A stretch of 16,106 nt of DNA from a virus (taxonomy: Duplodnaviria; Heunggongvirae; Uroviricota; Caudoviricetes). The translations under genes were made by a program, and so were the position numbers. Below the pieces are notes generated by a model. That model worked only from the letters and a program-made list of their open reading frames with translations. It was not told the DNA's origin and searched no databases. The stretch spans positions 1 through 16,106 of IMG/VR virus record IMGVR_UViG_2648501299_000001. One strand, given 5' to 3'. This document shows, piece by piece, positions 1 through 7,627 of this stretch. Numbering within the stretch: the stretch's first letter is position 1; each line of letters starts with the position of its first letter.

Positions 1-15
1 ATTCAGGGGGCCAGT

Positions 16-708
16 CTACATTCGCTCACTACAGCTTATCCAACCATCCGGAGTTACCGGAGAGTTGCCTGATAGCGCATTACGCAATCGCTCCAGCTTC
101 ACGTATTCCTGAACCCTGTTTCCGTCGCATGCCTGAAGCCATTGCGCAGTCTTTTGCGCATCAGTGTGAAAGGCACAAGTGCGACCGTCATCAAATTGCA
201 TTTCGTAGAGGTCAGCAACTTGTTCAAACTGCGTGTGTTGTGACTTGTAAGTTTGGCTTACAGGTTCGGCACCATGAAGCATGGCGTCGCTCCGCTCTAT
301 GCCATCCAGCGCGATTCGCAGTGCCTGAATTGTGGTAGAGCTATCGTTTGGGGCTATTCCATATCGCTCGAATACAGCTAAATGGTTGCGCATAATCTCA
401 GGCGTAAGATCTTTGTAAGCATAAGCAAGAGGCTCTGATGCATTATCCGGCACAACCGACGCAGGCGCGGCAGCATAAACAGGAATAACGTCCGGTTGCT
501 CTTTATTGCTTTCATCCGTTAAAGCCCAGAATAATTTCCCGGCCGGATGTTTGAAAATATAAGCAACTGGTTCTGCTTCCAGCGATGCCAGAGCAATTCG
601 TGCCAGTTCTTCCGCTTCTTCTGCTGGCAGTACAACGTTGCTACCAGGTCCGTATGTTTCGCGCCACTGCTTGATTGTCAGCAGTCGCTCTTTGGTAATA
701 GTGGTCAT
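16..708 (-). CDS. Hypothetical phage early-left protein (230 aa)
   Basis: Long ORF with ATG at 708-706 preceded by an AGGA-type RBS. Sits at the distal end of the minus-strand early-left gene string, 3 nt from the upstream gene. No motif recognised. Confidence 0.55.
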   Translation of the reverse strand: MTTITKERLLTIKQWRETYGPGSNVVLPAEEAEELARIALASLEAEPVAYIFKHPAGKLFWALTDESNKEQPDVIPVYAAAPASVVPDNASEPLAYAYKDLTPEIMRNHLAVFERYGIAPNDSSTTIQALRIALDGIERSDAMLHGAEPVSQTYKSQHTQFEQVADLYEMQFDDGRTCAFHTDAQKTAQWLQACDGNRVQEYVKLERLRNALSGNSPVTPDGWISCSERM

Positions 709-711
709 GTG

Positions 712-861
712 TTAGTCCTCTGTAGCAGGTGATACGCCGTAGTTGCATTCTTCATAGAATATGTCTCTGCCTATTTCTTCGGCATCCTCTGGCGTGTCTG
801 CTTCAAACTCAACAACCTTGCAATCATTAAATCCTTCGATAGTCACGATGTACTTAGCCAT
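712..861 (-). CDS. Small acidic hypothetical protein (49 aa)
   Basis: ORF-track ORF 712..942 trimmed to the internal ATG at 861-859, which has a strong upstream RBS (AAAGGAGAG) and abuts the stop of the upstream gene (863). The longer version would overlap that gene. Confidence 0.45.
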   Translation of the reverse strand: MAKYIVTIEGFNDCKVVEFEADTPEDAEEIGRDIFYEECNYGVSPATED

Positions 862-862
862 A

Positions 863-1372
863 TCACTCTCCTTTGATGCGAATGTCAGCGGCGCGTGGCA
901 CATTAACTTCCACGATGCGCACTGTTGGTTTGTACATCTCAATCGCTGTCAGCCAGTCAGCTCCTGTCATGCGCTTTTCCGCATCGCCATTAGTCCACTG
1001 AACCGGTACACCAATAGCCTTCATCGCGATTTCTATTTCCCCGGCAATGGCGCTTTTTCCGCAACCAGTAAAACCAGATACAACGACAAGAACTTCGCCT
1101 TTGGCTGGTTTTATTTCCCGTGCTTCCAGTTCTGCAATGCGCTTCTCTGCTGCTTCCAGCTCAACGCGCAGCTTTCCTACCGTTAGCGCAATTTCCTCGT
1201 TCTCCTGGTCGCGGCGTTTGATGTATTGCTGGTTTCTTTCCCGCTCATCCAGCAGTTCCAGCACAATCGATGGTGTTACCAATTCATGGAAAAGGTCTGC
1301 GTCAAATCCCCAGTCGTCATGCATTGCCTGCTCTGCCGCTTCACGCAGTGCCTGAGAGTTAATTTCGCTCAC
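863..1372 (-). CDS. ead/Ea22-like early protein with coiled-coil N-terminus and Walker-A-like motif
   Basis: The N-terminus (MSEINSQALREAAEQAMHDDWGFDADLFHELV...) resembles ead/Ea22-like proteins of lambdoid prophages as I recall them. GTG start overlaps the TGA stop of the upstream TraR-like gene (GTGA coupling). The C-terminal part contains SGFTGCGKS, a GxxGxGKS P-loop-like motif. Confidence 0.6.
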   Translation of the reverse strand: MSEINSQALREAAEQAMHDDWGFDADLFHELVTPSIVLELLDERERNQQYIKRRDQENEEIALTVGKLRVELEAAEKRIAELEAREIKPAKGEVLVVVSGFTGCGKSAIAGEIEIAMKAIGVPVQWTNGDAEKRMTGADWLTAIEMYKPTVRIVEVNVPRAADIRIKGE

Positions 1373-1590
1373 TTCGAACCTCTCTGTTTACTGATAAGCT
1401 CCAGATCTTCCTGGCAACTTGCACAAGTCCGACAACCCTGAACGACCAGGCGTCTTCGTTCATCTATCGGATCGCCACACTCACAACAATGAGTGGCAGA
1501 TATAGCCTGGTGGTTCAGGCGGCGCATTTTTATTGCTGTGTTGCGCTGTAATTCTTCAATTTCTGATGCTGAATCAATGATGTCTGCCAT
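1369..1590 (-). CDS. TraR/DksA-family C4 zinc-finger protein
   Basis: 73 aa ORF with a CxxC...CxxC arrangement (CCECGDPIDERRRLVVQGCRTCASC), typical of phage TraR/DksA-like proteins. ATG at 1590. Confidence 0.7.
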   Translation of the reverse strand: MADIIDSASEIEELQRNTAIKMRRLNHQAISATHCCECGDPIDERRRLVVQGCRTCASCQEDLELISKQRGSK

Positions 1591-1643
1591 CTTCCATTAA
1601 TCCCTGAATTGTTGGTTAATACGCTTGAGGGTGAATGCGAATA

Positions 1644-1667
1644 ATAAAAAAGGAGCCTGTAGCTCCC
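1644..1667 (-). terminator. Intrinsic terminator inside the early-left operon
   Basis: On the minus strand: GGAGC-tacag-GCTCC hairpin followed by TTTTTTT (plus strand 1644-1667 reads aaaaaaaGGAGCctgtaGCTCC). Lies just downstream of the stop of the 1689..2000 gene. Confidence 0.5.
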
Positions 1668-1688
1668 TGATGATTTTGCTTTTCATGT

Positions 1689-2000
1689 TCATCGTTCCTT
1701 AAAGACGCCGTTTAACATGCCGATTGCCAGGCTTAAATGAGTCGGTGTGAATCCCATCAGCGTTACCGTTTCGCGGTGCTTCTTCAGTACGCTACGGCAA
1801 ATGTCATCGACGTTTTTATCCGGAAACTGCTGTCTGGCTTTTTTGATTTCAGAATTAGCCTGACGGGCAATGCTGCGAAGGGCGTTTTCCTGCTGAGGTG
1901 TCATTGAACAAGTCCCATGTCGGCAAGCATAAGCACACAGAATATGAAGCCCGCTGCCAGAAAAATGCATTCCGTGGTTGTCATACCTGGTCTCTCTCAT
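1689..2000 (-). CDS. Hypothetical protein at the lambda orf61 position (start uncertain)
   Basis: ORF with ATG at 2000 overlapping the upstream orf63-like gene by 20 nt, the same overlap I recall for lambda orf61/orf63. Alternative in-frame ATGs at 1970 and 1904 would give 93 or 71 aa. No motif recognised. Confidence 0.45.
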   Translation of the reverse strand: MRETRYDNHGMHFSGSGLHILCAYACRHGTCSMTPQQENALRSIARQANSEIKKARQQFPDKNVDDICRSVLKKHRETVTLMGFTPTHLSLAIGMLNGVFKER

Positions 2001-2172
2001 CTGCTTCTGCTTTCGCCACCATCATTTCCAGCTTTTGTGAAAGGGATGCGGCTAACGTATGAAATTCTTCGTCTGTTTCTACTGGTATTGGCACAAACCT
2101 GACTCCAATTTGAGCGAGGCTATGTGCCATCTCGATACTCGTTCTTAACTCAACGGGAGATGCTTTGTGCAT
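1981..2172 (-). CDS. Lambda orf63-like small protein
   Basis: 192 nt ORF, ATG at 2172 with a GGGGAG RBS 4 nt upstream. Overlaps the orf60a-like ORF by 28 nt; size and overlap match my recollection of lambda orf63. Confidence 0.5.
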   Translation of the reverse strand: MHKASPVELRTSIEMAHSLAQIGVRFVPIPVETDEEFHTLAASLSQKLEMMVAKAEADERDQV

Positions 2173-2327
2173 ACAGCTCCCCGTTTATTATTTATCTCCT
2201 CAGCCAGCCGCTGTGCTTTCAGTGGATTTCTGATAACAGAAAGGCCGGGAAATACCCAGCCTCGCTTTGTAATGGAGTAGACGAAAGTGATCGCGCCTAC
2301 CCGGATATTATCGTGAGGATGCGTCAT
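2145..2327 (-). CDS. Lambda orf60a-like small protein
   Basis: 183 nt (60 aa) ORF taken from the second in-frame ATG (2327-2325), which forms an ATGA overlap with the exo stop; the ORF track starts 2 codons earlier at 2333. Same size and arrangement as lambda orf60a as I recall it. Confidence 0.5.
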   Translation of the reverse strand: MTHPHDNIRVGAITFVYSITKRGWVFPGLSVIRNPLKAQRLAEEINNKRGAVCTKHLPLS

Positions 2328-3004
2328 CGCCATTGCTCCCCAAATACAAAACCAATTTCAGCCAGTGCCTCGTCCATTTTTTCGATGAACTCCGGCACCA
2401 TCTCGTCAAAACTCGCCATGTACTTTTCATCCCGCTCAACCACGACATAATGCAGTCCTTCACGCTTCATACGCGGGTCATAGTTGGCAAAGTACCAGGC
2501 ATCTTTTCGTGTCACCCACATGCTGTACTGCACCTGGGCCATGTAAGCCGACTTTATGGCCTCGAAACCACCGAGCCGGAACTTCATGAAATCCCGGGAG
2601 GTAAACGGGCATTTCAGCTCAAGGCCATTGCCGTCACTGCATAAACCATCGGGAGAGCAGGCGGTGCGCATACTTTCGTCGCGATAGATGATCGGGGATT
2701 CAGTAACATTCACGCCGGAAGTGAATTCAAACAGAGTTCTGGCGTCGTTCTCGTACTGTTTTCCCCATGCCAGCGCCTTAGCATTAACTTCCGGAGCCAC
2801 ACCGGTGCAAACCTCAGCCAGCAGGGTGTGGAAGTAGGACATTTTCATGTCAGGCCACTTCTTTCCTGAGCGGGGCTTGGCTATCACGTTGTGAACTTCT
2901 GAAGCGGTGATGACGCCGAGCCGTAATTTGTGCCATGCATCATCCCCCTGTTCGACAGCTCTTACGTCGATCCCGGTACGCTGCAGTATAATGTCCGGTG
3001 TCAT
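2324..3004 (-). CDS. exo: Lambda-type 5'-3' exonuclease (Red alpha)
   Basis: 226 aa protein ([65 protein letters not shown]...GFVFGEQWR) matches lambda Exo almost residue for residue from memory. ATGA start/stop overlap with bet as in lambda. Confidence 0.95.
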   Translation of the reverse strand: MTPDIILQRTGIDVRAVEQGDDAWHKLRLGVITASEVHNVIAKPRSGKKWPDMKMSYFHTLLAEVCTGVAPEVNAKALAWGKQYENDARTLFEFTSGVNVTESPIIYRDESMRTACSPDGLCSDGNGLELKCPFTSRDFMKFRLGGFEAIKSAYMAQVQYSMWVTRKDAWYFANYDPRMKREGLHYVVVERDEKYMASFDEMVPEFIEKMDEALAEIGFVFGEQWR

Positions 3005-3786
3005 GCTGCCACCTTCTGCTCAGTGGCTTTCTGTTTCAGGAATCCAAGAGCTTTCACTGCTTCGGCCTGTGTCAGTTCTGACGATGCGCGAATGTCGCGG
3101 CGAAATATCTGGGAACAGAGCGGCAATAAGTCGTCATCCCATGTTTTATCCAGGGCGATCAGCAGAGTGTTAATCTCCTGCATGGTTTCATCGTTAACCG
3201 GAGTGATGTCGCGTTCCGGCTGACGTTCTGCAGTGTATGCAGTATTTTCGACAATGCGCTCGGCTTCATCCTTGTCATAGATACCAGCAAATCCGAAGGC
3301 CAGACGGGCACACTGAATCATGGCTTTATGACGTAACATCCGTTTGGGATGCGACTGCCACGGCCCCGTGATTTCTCTGCCTTCGCGGGTTTTGAATGGT
3401 TCGCGGCGGCATTCATCCATCCACTCGGTAACGCAGATCGGATGATTACGGTCCTTGCGGTAAATCCGGCATGTGCAGGATTCATTGTCCTGCTCAAAGT
3501 CCATGCCATCAAACTGCTGGTTTTCATTGATGATACGGGACCAGCCATCAACGCCCACCACCGGAACGATGCCGTTCTGCTTGTCAGGGAAGGCGTAAAT
3601 TTCTTTCGTCCACGGATTAAGGCCGTACTGGTTGGCGACGATCAACAATGCGATGAACTGCGCATCGCTGGCATCACCTTTAAATGCCGTCTGGCGAAGA
3701 GTGGTGATCAGTTCCTGTGGGTCGACAGAATCCATGCCGACACGTTCAGCCAGCCTCCCTGCCAGCGTTGCGAGTGCTGTACTCAT
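3001..3786 (-). CDS. bet: Lambda-type single-strand annealing protein (Red beta)
   Basis: 261 aa protein ([85 protein letters not shown]...) matches lambda Bet from memory. Same length and gene order. Confidence 0.95.
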   Translation of the reverse strand: MSTALATLAGRLAERVGMDSVDPQELITTLRQTAFKGDASDAQFIALLIVANQYGLNPWTKEIYAFPDKQNGIVPVVGVDGWSRIINENQQFDGMDFEQDNESCTCRIYRKDRNHPICVTEWMDECRREPFKTREGREITGPWQSHPKRMLRHKAMIQCARLAFGFAGIYDKDEAERIVENTAYTAERQPERDITPVNDETMQEINTLLIALDKTWDDDLLPLCSQIFRRDIRASSELTQAEAVKALGFLKQKATEQKVAA

Positions 3787-3791
3787 CCGTT

Positions 3792-4088
3792 TTATACCTC
3801 TGAATCAATATCAACCTGGTGGTGAGCAATGGTTTCAACCATGTACCGGATGTGTTCTGCCATGCGCTCCTGAAACTCAACATCGTCATCAAACGCACGG
3901 GTAATGGCTTTTTTGCTGGCCCCGTGGCGTTGCAAATGATCGATGCATAGCGATTCAAACAGGTGCTGGGGCAGGCCTTTTTCCATGTCGTCTGCCAGTT
4001 CTGCCTCTTTCTCTTCACGGGCGATCTGCTGGTAGTGACGCGCCCAGCTCTGAGCCTCAAGACGATCCTGAATGTAATAAGCGTTCAT
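3792..4088 (-). CDS. gam: RecBCD inhibitor Gam (98 aa, GamS-length form)
   Basis: [60 protein letters not shown]...[10 protein letters not shown] matches the C-terminal 98 aa of lambda Gam. ATG at 4088 with an AGGAG RBS 7 nt upstream. The reading frame is not open further upstream, so the long form is absent. Confidence 0.9.
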   Translation of the reverse strand: MNAYYIQDRLEAQSWARHYQQIAREEKEAELADDMEKGLPQHLFESLCIDHLQRHGASKKAITRAFDDDVEFQERMAEHIRYMVETIAHHQVDIDSEV

Positions 4089-4163
4089 GGCTGAACTCCT
4101 GAAAATGGCTGTGAAAATATCGCCCGCGAAATGCCAGGCTGATTAGGAAAACAGGAAAGGGGG

Positions 4164-4370
4164 TTAGTGATTCAGGCCGTTGCCGCGTCCGTCGAGAAAA
4201 ACTTCCACGAGCAAGTCACGGGTATAAGTGCGCTCGATGCCGCGATGCAGATAAAGCCGTCCGCGTAAATTAGCTGATGCAGTCCAGGTACCATCTTTGT
4301 GTTTGACCAGCATTCCTGGCATGACCGCACCGCGATTAACAGTCTGCGTTCCGTAATGTTGATGAACCAT
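4164..4370 (-). CDS. Small hypothetical protein at the kil/cIII position (68 aa; start uncertain)
   Basis: ATG at 4370 preceded by a strong RBS (GGGCAGGAG, 5 nt spacer). The frame stays open upstream to in-frame ATG 4454 and TTG 4574 (ORF-track 136 aa version), whose N-terminus is arginine-rich. Function not recognised. Confidence 0.45.
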   Translation of the reverse strand: MVHQHYGTQTVNRGAVMPGMLVKHKDGTWTASANLRGRLYLHRGIERTYTRDLLVEVFLDGRGNGLNH

Positions 4371-4639
4371 AAAAACTCCTGCCCGTAAGCTGGGCTGCTG
4401 AACATATAAAGACTTCTGCGCGTATTCAGGCGGTGGATGGCCGCCGGTTGTCATAACTAAGCCGCCTCGTTGAAGCGACTGAGGTATGAAGTGTTGAGTT
4501 GATTTCAGCTGGTCACACCGACGTTCACGCGTCCGCTTCACCCCTCGCACTCCCCGGAGCCTGCTGAAATTCAAGCTGCGGATCTAAGCGGTCATCGCAA
4601 CGGTGAATCAGGTGATTGCCGTATCGTTGTGTTGTTGCG

Positions 4640-4700
4640 ATATGGTGATAATAGCTATTGCTATTGATGATATCAATACTTATTGCTATTGCTAGATGTG
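4640..4700 (-). promoter_or_regulatory. Candidate leftward early promoter (pL-like) with operator-like repeats (OL)
   Basis: On the minus strand: TTGATA (plus 4671-4676), 17 nt spacer, TATTAT (plus 4648-4653). Copies of the TTGCTATTG motif at 4658-4666 and 4683-4691 overlap and flank the promoter; the same motif recurs next to cI/cro (6764-6772, 6789-6797). Confidence 0.45.
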
Positions 4701-4813
4701 TTTTGATATTAAATGTTTGATAGCAAAAAGAATTAATTTTGTGACTTGCATCGCATAGCGATAACTGAAGTGAGGTGTGGTGGTTTTTTGGACGGTATGA
4801 GTTATGAGGGGGA

Positions 4814-4850
4814 GGAAAAGAAAACCCGGCGCGGTTGCCGGGGGCTTTTT
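4814..4850. terminator. Bidirectional intrinsic terminator closing the cI-cassette transcript
   Basis: CCCGGC-gcggtt-GCCGGG hairpin (4825-4842) flanked by an A/T run on each side: GGCTTTTT on the plus strand, TTTTCTTTTCC on the minus strand. Sits 25-60 nt downstream of the stop (4875) of the minus-strand 305 aa gene. Confidence 0.65.
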
Positions 4851-4874
4851 ATAGTGTGTTAGGTAAATAGAATA

Positions 4875-5792
4875 TCAGCCTACTGTTCTAAAGATGAGAA
4901 GTGGTGTCATCCCATACGAATCACTTCCTCTACCAGCTTGTACCTTGACCATATCCAGGAAGGATTGTAATCCTGACTTGAGATCGTGTTCAGGGAAATC
5001 AAGAGGGTTATTGATATTCTGATCTTGTACAGAATCTGGCAAGGCATCAATCAATCCAATGACATGCCAGGTACCCGGTATGGTGCCACCATATTTTAAG
5101 GCTAAGTCATCAGGATTAATTGTTAAATATTCTTTATCAATAGACATCCACATCAGGTTGCCATTCTCATCAATAAAATCAACCTGGAGGATGTTGGGAA
5201 CGATATTAATGAGTTTCTTAACTACACCAATGGTAAGCCCAGGAGATATCTCAATTTCATCTGGGGTGAGTTTCCCTTTAAGCTTCGCTTTGGCTTTTGG
5301 GGGAAGGTTGACCGTGTTTAATTGTGCTTGGGCTATCTCACCAAAAATAGGCATAATTTTCTGAATAGTTGACACATCAAAAATGCGCATTTTTCCAACA
5401 GAATGAACAACTGAACCAAGATTCTCACCATTAAGTCCAGTTTTAATCATTCCTGCTTCATCTAATTTATCGAGAAAATTAATTGGTAATGACCATGAAG
5501 CGTCGAAAGTTTTCTCTTGCGAATGTGTTAAGGCGTCGTCAGTCCCCACTTTTCCTTTAAGAATCTTGACGCTTAATTCAACGGATTTATTAGATTTATC
5601 TGTGTCAGAAGTAGTTTGTTTTACGCTCGTCACTACACCAGCATTGTGAAGCTGGGCTGTGAGGGAGCTAACGCGTACACGGTCTATGTAAAGAAAATCA
5701 AATAGTGAATCTGTGCTTTGTTGTTCGAGCTCCATTTTGCCAATCCTCTCTAAATTTTTCTTTTTCCTCGCGAATTCTTTTTTGCTTTTCAT
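4875..5792 (-). CDS. Hypothetical protein in AT-rich insert downstream of cI (rexA/rexB-equivalent position); 305 aa, or 286 aa from ATG 5735
   Basis: Long ORF with visibly lower GC than the flanking phage genes. The ATG at 5735 has a GAGAGG RBS about 9 nt upstream; the ATG at 5792 has a weaker context. Same strand as cI and followed by the terminator at 4814-4850. No motif recognised. Confidence 0.6.
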   Translation of the reverse strand: MKSKKEFARKKKNLERIGKMELEQQSTDSLFDFLYIDRVRVSSLTAQLHNAGVVTSVKQTTSDTDKSNKSVELSVKILKGKVGTDDALTHSQEKTFDASWSLPINFLDKLDEAGMIKTGLNGENLGSVVHSVGKMRIFDVSTIQKIMPIFGEIAQAQLNTVNLPPKAKAKLKGKLTPDEIEISPGLTIGVVKKLINIVPNILQVDFIDENGNLMWMSIDKEYLTINPDDLALKYGGTIPGTWHVIGLIDALPDSVQDQNINNPLDFPEHDLKSGLQSFLDMVKVQAGRGSDSYGMTPLLIFRTVG

Positions 5793-5877
5793 CTATCTCA
5801 TCGAAAAGTTGAATGAGTTCATCCACACCATGTGAAGGCGTCTCTGATTTCACTTTCTTCAAAATTTTCTTGAACAT
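5698..5877 (-). CDS. Possible small charged protein (59 aa) between cI and the 305 aa gene
   Basis: ATG at 5877 (MFKKILKKVKSETPSHGVDELIQLFDEIDEKQKRIREEKEKFREDW...). No clear RBS, and it overlaps the 5' end of the 305/286 aa ORF in another frame. Could be real or an AT-rich artefact. Confidence 0.25.
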   Translation of the reverse strand: MFKKILKKVKSETPSHGVDELIQLFDEIDEKQKRIREEKEKFREDWQNGARTTKHRFTI

Positions 5878-6026
5878 GATGATTTTCCATAGAGAACTGA
5901 CTGTACAAATTATGTTCTCTTTGTCACATGAAAGCAACTGTACCAGGACAAGCAAAGTGTGTCTCCAAAGATCGCTTTAATCACATGTTACAGCTTTTTT
6001 GTCAGCTTTGGTCCCATGAAGACGCT

Positions 6027-6719
6027 TTACCCATGCTTCCTGTATGTCTGCGGCATGCTCCCAATAACCTTACCGAAGATGAACACCCGGTTCATCTCGT
6101 CTTTCTCGATCGGGTCCCACGGCGAGTAGCTCTTGTTATCAGAGATAACCAGCAGCTTATCCTTCATCATTTGAAGACGTTTTACATGGGCAGTGTCGTC
6201 GTACAGAAACGCATAGATGCCATCACCGTCGAAAGATTTAACAGTGATATCAACGAACAGCAGGTCACCTGGTTCGATCGTTCCTGACATGCTGTCACCA
6301 CGCACGTTAATGATGCGGATATTTTCCGCCTTCCTGCCATCGAACATGTGACGAGCATCGTCAAACGAGTATTCAACCGAGCGTAGAACTTCTACAAACT
6401 CACGGTTGATTACACCCGGCCCGGCACTGACTTCCATATCAAGAACGTCAATTTTGAAGTATTTGGAATGGCTGACAGCAGGCTTCCCTGATTGTTGACC
6501 GTCATTTCTCATCGGGCCTATGCCTGATGAGAGCCATTCTGTTCGAACACCCAATGCATTAGCTATTTCAACAATTTTTGTTGAGCCGCGCGCGTTGCCG
6601 CTTGTCAGTCTCCAGATTGTGGGTTGAGCTACGCCAGACGCCTTTGCAAGAGCGCCTTGAGACATTCCAGATTGTTCCATCGCTAGGTTTAAGCGATCAG
6701 CAAGAGTTTCTTTTTTCAT
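6027..6719 (-). CDS. cI: cI-like prophage repressor (HTH-XRE N-terminal domain plus LexA/S24-type autopeptidase domain)
   Basis: N-terminal HTH (LADRLNLAMEQSGMSQGALAKASGVAQPTIWRL), an Ala-Gly candidate cleavage site (SAGPG), and S24 catalytic motifs GDSM (Ser) and VKRL (Lys). First ATG at 6719 has no SD, consistent with a leaderless or short-leader pRM-type transcript; the ORF-track start at 6755 is TTG. Divergent from the cro-like gene. Confidence 0.85.
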   Translation of the reverse strand: MKKETLADRLNLAMEQSGMSQGALAKASGVAQPTIWRLTSGNARGSTKIVEIANALGVRTEWLSSGIGPMRNDGQQSGKPAVSHSKYFKIDVLDMEVSAGPGVINREFVEVLRSVEYSFDDARHMFDGRKAENIRIINVRGDSMSGTIEPGDLLFVDITVKSFDGDGIYAFLYDDTAHVKRLQMMKDKLLVISDNKSYSPWDPIEKDEMNRVFIFGKVIGSMPQTYRKHG

Positions 6720-6755
6720 AAGTTTTAATTTATACGCTTGCGTATTGATGGTCAA

Positions 6756-6829
6756 AACACGTTTTGCTATTGCTTGGATTAATACGCATTGCTATTATTC
6801 ATTCATTGCAATACCAATAGGAATTGATA
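6756..6829. promoter_or_regulatory. Divergent cI/cro control region (OR-like operators, candidate pR and pRM)
   Basis: Plus strand: TTGCTT (6770-6775), 17 nt spacer, TATTAT (6793-6798) as a candidate pR. Minus strand: TTGACC then about 16 nt then ATAAAT just upstream of the cI ATG as a candidate pRM. TTGCTATTG/TTGCTATTA motifs at 6764-6772 and 6789-6797 overlap the -35 and -10. Confidence 0.5.
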
Positions 6830-7057
6830 ATGACAAATCAAACCATTCAACTCGCAATCAGTATTACAGGTAGTCAAAAACGACTGGCAGATCTATGCGG
6901 TGTAGCCCAACCCACAGTTTGGCGTTGGCTACACGGTGGCGGAATTGATGCCCGCTATGTAATGAAAATTGTCTCAGCCACTGGTGGAAAGATTAAACCA
7001 GCAGATATTCGTCCCGACCTCGCACCATTGTTTAACGCGAGTAATTCTGCCGCCTAA
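6830..7057 (+). CDS. cro: Cro-like HTH regulator (YdaS-like family)
   Basis: 75 aa from ATG 6830 (AGGA 8 nt upstream); the ORF-track start at 6824 is TTG. HTH signature (SQKRLADLCGVAQPTVWRW). First gene transcribed divergently from cI. Confidence 0.65.
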   Translation: MTNQTIQLAISITGSQKRLADLCGVAQPTVWRWLHGGGIDARYVMKIVSATGGKIKPADIRPDLAPLFNASNSAA

Positions 7058-7081
7058 ACTGCGGCGTTAACTGATAAGGCA

Positions 7082-7627
7082 ATGACTATGCAACCACTTA
7101 CATACCAACAGACTAGCGGATTTAGCCCAACTGCGGTGATAAATCGTTCTCAAACAAAACAGGTGCCAGGCCACGAAAAAATCCGTGATGCCGTCCGCGC
7201 CTGGTCGGCTGTAGATAATCAGGATGTCGTTGCCACACTCATTGTGAATGAGTATCGGGAGCAGGGCGGCGGCACCATCGATTTCCCTGATGATGTCAGC
7301 CGTGCACGCCAGAAGCTGTTCCGCTTCCTCGATAACAAATTCGATTCTGAAAAATACCGAAATAACGTGCGTGAACTGACCCCGGCAATTCTGGCGGTAC
7401 TACCGCTGGAATATCGCGGTTACCTGGTTGAGCAGGATAGCTTCATGGCTAGGTTGGCTGAAATGGAAAAGGAACTCAGCGAGGCAAAACAGGCTGTCAT
7501 TCTCAACGCACCACGCCACCAGAAACTGAAGGAAATTAGTGAAGGTATTGTGTCGATGTTTCGTGTGGACCCAGATCTGGCTGGTCCATTGATGGCGATG
7601 GTTACTACCATGCTGGGGGCGATATGA
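7082..7627 (+). CDS. CII-like regulator (YdaT-like family)
   Basis: 181 aa. Segments IVNEYREQGGG and ELTPAILAVLPLEYRGYL resemble Rac YdaT-family proteins as I recall them. Sits at the cII position between cro and O. Confidence 0.55.
   Translation: MTMQPLTYQQTSGFSPTAVINRSQTKQVPGHEKIRDAVRAWSAVDNQDVVATLIVNEYREQGGGTIDFPDDVSRARQKLFRFLDNKFDSEKYRNNVRELTPAILAVLPLEYRGYLVEQDSFMARLAEMEKELSEAKQAVILNAPRHQKLKEISEGIVSMFRVDPDLAGPLMAMVTTMLGAI

Noticed and set aside
129-4060. Plus-strand and alternative-frame ORFs in the left arm (129..338, 547..732, 761..1186, 1047..1355, 1226..1441, 1917..2102, 2124..2450, 2333..2644, 2907..3173, 2930..3223, 3349..3825, 3632..3904, and minus-strand 3318..3551, 3746..4060)
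   Set aside because: Each lies antisense to, or out of frame within, a well-supported minus-strand gene (exo, bet, gam, Ea22-like and others). Their compositions are low-complexity or Cys/Ser-rich, as expected for shadow ORFs, and none has a good RBS.
4089-4163. Long (138 aa) form of Gam, or a lambda-type kil overlapping gam
   Set aside because: The gam reading frame is closed upstream of ATG 4088, and no ORF overlaps the gam 5' end as lambda kil does. The kil-position ORF at 4164-4370 is separate and does not resemble lambda Kil.
4172-4405. 77 aa minus-strand ORF in an alternative frame over the kil-position gene
   Set aside because: It overlaps the better-supported frame (the one with the strong RBS at 4370) and has no start context of its own.
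5059-6376. ORFs 5059..5364 (+), 5928..6287 (+) and 6182..6376 (-)
   Set aside because: Antisense or out of frame within the 305 aa gene and the cI-like repressor gene.
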